Shown: positions 60,121-64,000 of the stretch, in pieces
Numbering within the stretch: position 1 is the first letter of the stretch
How the letters are laid out: each line of letters begins with the position of its first letter
Source: an uncultured Actinomycetota bacterium
Lineage (GTDB): Bacteria; Actinomycetota; Actinomycetes; JAHEKZ01
DNA: 64,000 bases
Reading direction: 5' to 3'
NCBI GenBank assembly: GCA_963829525.1
Contig: CAWHIJ010000003.1
Span: 1,280,001-1,344,000 of the forward strand
Notes under the pieces: generated by a model
Database searches by the model: none
What the model saw: the letters and a program-made list of their open reading frames with translations, nothing else
Told to the model about the DNA's origin: nothing
Program-made: the position numbers and the translations under genes

Positions 60121-60425
60121 CGCTGTGGTTTGCCATCCTTATAGTCGGGGCCGTCAGCTACGCCTGCCGGCTGGTCCCCTGGCTCGTGCTGGACCGGGTC
60201 GCGGTCGGACCGTCAGCGGAGGCCGGCCTGCGCTACGCCGGGGCCGGCGCCATCACGGCTTTGCTGGTCGGTGCTCTCCTGCATCCCCAGACTGGAGAGG
60301 GTTCGATCCCGCCCCTGCTGTTGGCACTCGTGGTGTCCGGACTGTTGTTGTGGCGTGGCTGCCAGGAGTTTCTTGCCATCGGGGTCGGGATGAGTCTCTT
60401 CTTGGTGCTCCACCTTGCCTGGTAG
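60117..60425 (+). CDS. azlD: AzlD-family small subunit
   Basis: MTLWFAILIVGAVSYACRL; 102 aa; ATGA overlap with azlC. Confidence 0.8.
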   Translation: MTLWFAILIVGAVSYACRLVPWLVLDRVAVGPSAEAGLRYAGAGAITALLVGALLHPQTGEGSIPPLLLALVVSGLLLWRGCQEFLAIGVGMSLFLVLHLAW

Positions 60426-60478
60426 CGCAGGCGCCTCTTGGATAAGATCCACAATCATTGGTCGGAATGGGGGTACTC

Positions 60479-61165
60479 ATGCATGTGGGTCGAGCTATGG
60501 CCGTGCTGGCGAGCGGGATTGTCGTGGTCGGTATGAGCGCAAGTGCATCGCTGGGCGCGGACGGGGACCGTGCCTACTGGTCATTGGACGAACTCGGAAC
60601 GCCGGCGGTGGCGGAGGATTCGATTGGTGACAACGATGGCACCAACTACGACATTATCGGGACTGGGTCTGGGTACGTTTTCAACGGCACGAGTTCCCGC
60701 GTCGTAGTCCCTAGTGATCCGTCCCTGAACCCTGGTGGGGCCGGCTTCTCGTATGGGGCCACGGTCATCATGGCTGCGAGCCCGCCGCTCGGCGGCAGTG
60801 ACGACATCATTCGAAAAGGCATTACCACCTCTTCTGGGGGCGATTACAAACTTGAGATTGTGGGCACGAAGAACGGGGCGCGTGCCCGTTGTGTTGTCAA
60901 GGACGCCGCAAAGGTTAAAGCGGCGATCCAGGGCACCGTTGAGATCGCAAATGGTGTACCGCACACCATCACCTGCAGCAAGACGTCCACAGGAGTCACC
61001 ATTCGGATCGACAGCACGAAACCGCGTGTCCGGTCTGTGAACAGGCTCGGATCTGTGGCGAACTCGAACAACCTCGGGCTGGGTGCAAAAGCAGAGGCCA
61101 CCGCCCGAACCGGCTTTGACTGGTTCGACGGAACCATGACAGAGGCGTGGGTACGCATCGACTAA
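60479..61165 (+). CDS. Secreted LamG/concanavalin-like protein
   Basis: Signal peptide, AYWSLDE, FNGTSSRVVVP..SLNP, FDGTMTE; start uncertain (60458-60497). Confidence 0.7.
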   Translation: MHVGRAMAVLASGIVVVGMSASASLGADGDRAYWSLDELGTPAVAEDSIGDNDGTNYDIIGTGSGYVFNGTSSRVVVPSDPSLNPGGAGFSYGATVIMAASPPLGGSDDIIRKGITTSSGGDYKLEIVGTKNGARARCVVKDAAKVKAAIQGTVEIANGVPHTITCSKTSTGVTIRIDSTKPRVRSVNRLGSVANSNNLGLGAKAEATARTGFDWFDGTMTEAWVRID

Positions 61166-61242
61166 AGACTTCATTGCCGGACGGGAACCATGACGCACGT
61201 AAGTGCATATGGGTCGACCCGCTCCGGGAGTAGGGTCTGAGG

Positions 61243-62712
61243 ATGGTCGATGCGCTCGCAGCGGCAGGCGGAACCGTCCCTTCTGGAGCACAAGCGTCGC
61301 CTGATGACGTGGCATTCTCAGAATTGCTGCGTCAGGCGGCTGACTTGGCGGCAGGATATCGGGCAACCCTGCACGATCGACCGGTGCAGGCCCAGCGGTC
61401 GGCCGACCAAGTGGCACGTGAACTCGGTGACGCGATGCCGAAACAGCCCGTGGAAGCCAGTGAGGTGCTCGCTGAGCTTGCAGCCGCAGTTGACGGCGGG
61501 CTCACATCGACCGCTGGACCGCGGTTCTTCGGCTTCGTCATCGGTGGTTCTCTTCCGGCCGCGACAGCGGCGGACATGCTTGCCACTGGATGGGATCAAT
61601 GCGCGTTCAACGCGGTGCTATCGCCGGCAGCTGCCGCGGCGGAGGCAGTCGCGGGAAACTGGCTGAAGGAGTTGCTATGCCTTCCGAGCGCGGCCTCGGT
61701 TGGCTTCGTGACCGGCGCCCAAGCCGCAAACACGGCTGGACTGGCGGCCGGACGCCACAAGGTCTTGGCAGACCTCGGATGGGACGTGGAGGCCAACGGC
61801 CTTCAGGGCGCCCCCCGGGTGTGCGTGATCGCATCGCAGGAGCGTCACGCCACGATCGATCGGGCGCTGCGGATGCTAGGCCTGGGCAACAGTGCCGTGA
61901 CCCCGGTGGCTGCTGATCCCAATGGCGCCATCGACGTCGCGAACCTGGCCGTTGTGCTCGCCCGCGTTTCCCGCGAAGGCGCCAGCGATCGACACGCCCA
62001 GGCACCGCCGATCGTCTGCTTGCAGGCCGGAAACGTCAACACCGGTGCCTGCGACGAGCTACGCGCCGCTATCACCATCGCTCGTGAGCATGGAGCCTGG
62101 GTCCACGTCGACGGAGCATTCGGGCTGTGGGCCGCAGCAAGCCCCAGAACAAGGCACCTCGTCGACGGTGTCGAGCTCGCCGATTCCTGGGGTTGCGACG
62201 GTCACAAGTGGCTCAACGTGCCATACGACTCAGGGTTCGCCTTCTGCGCGGACCCGAGTATCGCGACCACGGCCATGTCCCTCACCGCTCCGTATCTCAC
62301 CGGATCGGGCATCGTCACCGGCATGAGTGACCTCACTGCCGAATCTTCTCGCCGAGCGCGCGGATTTGCCGCGTGGGCTGCGCTTCGCGAGCAGGGACGT
62401 GACGGCGTCGCGAGCATGATCGATCGAGGATGCGACCTCGCGCAACGCTTCGCAGCCGGCCTGGAAGCAGGCGGCGCCAGAATCGTCAATGACGTGGTCC
62501 TGAACCAAGTACTCGTCGACGTCGGTGACGAGCCCGCGGGAAGAACCGATCGAATCGTCGAGGCTATCCAGCTCGACGGCACCTGCTGGCTGGGCGCCAC
62601 CACCTGGCGCGGCAGCAGGTACCTGCGTGTCAGCGTGTCCAACCACAGCACACGTGAGGCAGACGTCGATCGATCGGTCGCCGCAATCCTTCGGATCGCC
62701 AAGAACAACTGA
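61243..62712 (+). CDS. PLP-dependent (group II) amino acid decarboxylase
   Basis: PRFFGFVIGG, WVHVDGAFGLW, ADSW..DGHKWLNVPYD. Confidence 0.92.
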   Translation: MVDALAAAGGTVPSGAQASPDDVAFSELLRQAADLAAGYRATLHDRPVQAQRSADQVARELGDAMPKQPVEASEVLAELAAAVDGGLTSTAGPRFFGFVIGGSLPAATAADMLATGWDQCAFNAVLSPAAAAAEAVAGNWLKELLCLPSAASVGFVTGAQAANTAGLAAGRHKVLADLGWDVEANGLQGAPRVCVIASQERHATIDRALRMLGLGNSAVTPVAADPNGAIDVANLAVVLARVSREGASDRHAQAPPIVCLQAGNVNTGACDELRAAITIAREHGAWVHVDGAFGLWAAASPRTRHLVDGVELADSWGCDGHKWLNVPYDSGFAFCADPSIATTAMSLTAPYLTGSGIVTGMSDLTAESSRRARGFAAWAALREQGRDGVASMIDRGCDLAQRFAAGLEAGGARIVNDVVLNQVLVDVGDEPAGRTDRIVEAIQLDGTCWLGATTWRGSRYLRVSVSNHSTREADVDRSVAAILRIAKNN

Positions 62713-62763
62713 CAACCTCACTGACGTCAGACAGACGCACAAGCGATCACGGAGGGAGTCGAC

Positions 62764-63654
62764 ATGAGAGTTGGCGTACACCTGGTGAACTTCGGTCTTC
62801 CTGCAGGCGCCTCTGCGATTGGACCGACGATGGCCGAGGCCGGCCGTGCGGCGGAGGAAGCCGGTCTGGACAACCTGTCGGTGATGGACCACTACTTCCA
62901 GATGGAGGGCATGGGTCTGGGCGATGCGCAGGCGCCGATGATCGAGGCATACACCACCTTGGGTTTCCTCGCCGCCCACACCAAGACTGTCGAACTCCAG
63001 GCTCTGGTCAGCGGCGTGACCTACCGGTACCCCGGACTGCTCGCGAAGATCGTGACGACCCTCGACGTCCTGTCAGGTGGGCGCGCGATGCTCGGGATCG
63101 GCGCCGCATGGTACGAGCGCGAACACCTCGGCCTCGGGGTTCCGCTGCCTCCGCTGTCCGAGCGCTTCGAGCGGCTGGAGGAGACGCTCCAGATTGTGCT
63201 GCAGATGTGGAGCGACGACGACGGACCCTATGAGGGCGCGCACTACAGCCTCGCAGAGACCATCTGCTCGCCGCCTCCGCTGACTCGTCCGCACCCACCG
63301 ATCATGATCGGCGGTTCGGGTGAGAAGAAGACGTTGCGGCTGGTGGCCAAGTACGCAGACGCATGCAACCTGTTCGCTGGGCCGGACACCGGTGACGCGG
63401 TAAAGGCAAAGCTCGACGTGCTCGACCGCCACTGTACGAACGAGGGCACTGATGTGGCACGCATTCGCAAAACGATCCTGTGGGCGGCGCAGATGGATCC
63501 GACCACGGCCGCCGGCGCTGCTGACTTCGTCGAGCAGATGAAAAGGTACGCCGACCTCGGCATCGTCGAGGTTCACGTCATGCCGTTCGACGACCCGATC
63601 GGCTTCATACGCGGCCTCGGCCAGCATGTCGTCCCGGCCGTCGGCCGCCTCTGA
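62764..63654 (+). CDS. LLM-class, probably F420-dependent, oxidoreductase
   Basis: MDHYFQM, EAYTTLGFLAA, TLDVLSGGR..LGIGAAWYE.EH, IGGSGEKKTL. Confidence 0.92.
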   Translation: MRVGVHLVNFGLPAGASAIGPTMAEAGRAAEEAGLDNLSVMDHYFQMEGMGLGDAQAPMIEAYTTLGFLAAHTKTVELQALVSGVTYRYPGLLAKIVTTLDVLSGGRAMLGIGAAWYEREHLGLGVPLPPLSERFERLEETLQIVLQMWSDDDGPYEGAHYSLAETICSPPPLTRPHPPIMIGGSGEKKTLRLVAKYADACNLFAGPDTGDAVKAKLDVLDRHCTNEGTDVARIRKTILWAAQMDPTTAAGAADFVEQMKRYADLGIVEVHVMPFDDPIGFIRGLGQHVVPAVGRL

Positions 63655-63804
63655 TGCGTGATGGACGCTGTGTTACTGCCGGTTGCACTGCGTAACCCAC
63701 TACTGCATAAGGGGCCTCGGCTACCGAGCCTGCTTGTTTGACCTCCAGAGCACCGTGCTTGGGACTACGGTGAAAAAAATTTGGTTTCGATTGGGGAGTC
63801 ATCA

Positions 63805-64000
63805 ATGGGTCGGCAAAGCGGACGCATGTGGGCGGCAGCACTGACGAGCATGGCATTGGTGGCGGGGGTGCTGGCGACCGGCGGCGTGGCAAGCGCTGAA
63901 CCTGGCGGCATCGTGATTTCGGAGATCCACTATCACCCCCTGACCGACGTGGACACCGACGAGTTTCTCGAGTTGACGAACACGAGTGCCTCCGCCATCG
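63805..64000 (+). CDS. Secreted lamin-tail-domain protein (3' truncated by window edge)
   Basis: GGGGAG RBS, signal peptide ending ASA, IVISEIHYHP...DEFLELTN. Confidence 0.78.
   Translation, partial: MGRQSGRMWAAALTSMALVAGVLATGGVASAEPGGIVISEIHYHPLTDVDTDEFLELTNTSASAI

Noticed and set aside
61127-61194. Near-direct repeat GACG(G)GAACCATGAC at the end of the LamG-like gene and just downstream
   Set aside because: Only about 14 bp with an indel and two copies, with no associated element; it also lacks the 11-bp spacing of P1-P4.
45713-64000. Prophage or integrative element at tRNA-Asn
   Set aside because: I saw no integrase, transposase, phage gene or duplicated tRNA 3' end in the window.

Overview
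High-GC actinomycete chromosome; the gene order, the leuA leader and the F420-type LLM gene all point to Actinomycetota. Bases 1-45,712 are largely the conserved core block comEC-holA-rpsT-lepA-hemW-hrcA-dnaJ-rsmE-HIT-phoH-ybeY-tlyC-era-leuA-recO-uppS-(zinc cluster)-glyS-dusB-ppdK-dgt-dnaG, ending at tRNA-Asn(GTT), with small accessory insertions including a SigF/SigB-type stress cassette at about 39.5-42 kb. Bases 45,713-64,000 are accessory: a secreted S8 protease, a TetR/FAD-oxidoreductase pair, a lipoprotein-NRAMP-PRC-PRC operon, a large SARP/BTAD-AAA-TPR regulator locus, a LamG-like protein, a PLP decarboxylase, an LLM oxidoreductase and a lamin-tail protein. I saw no integrase, IS, CRISPR array or rRNA. 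The best candidate for an undescribed system is the 1045-aa regulator with degenerate Walker motifs. It is flanked by two divergent intergenic regions holding four promoters of one architecture, GGAAGG-N5-GGAA(GG/GA/CC)-N9-(TAGCGT/CAGGGT), upstream of a PIG-L/DUF4395 pair, an AzlCD exporter and two small unknown proteins. Other signals read from the DNA: three GTTT-N15/16-GGGTA promoters, a CIRCE, a Zur box, a Leu-rich leader, a znuC that can only start at a non-canonical codon (likely CTG), a possible uORF/anti-SD leader on an MFS pump, a K+ channel remnant, and many apparently leaderless starts. All product calls come from motif recognition by eye; no searches were run.
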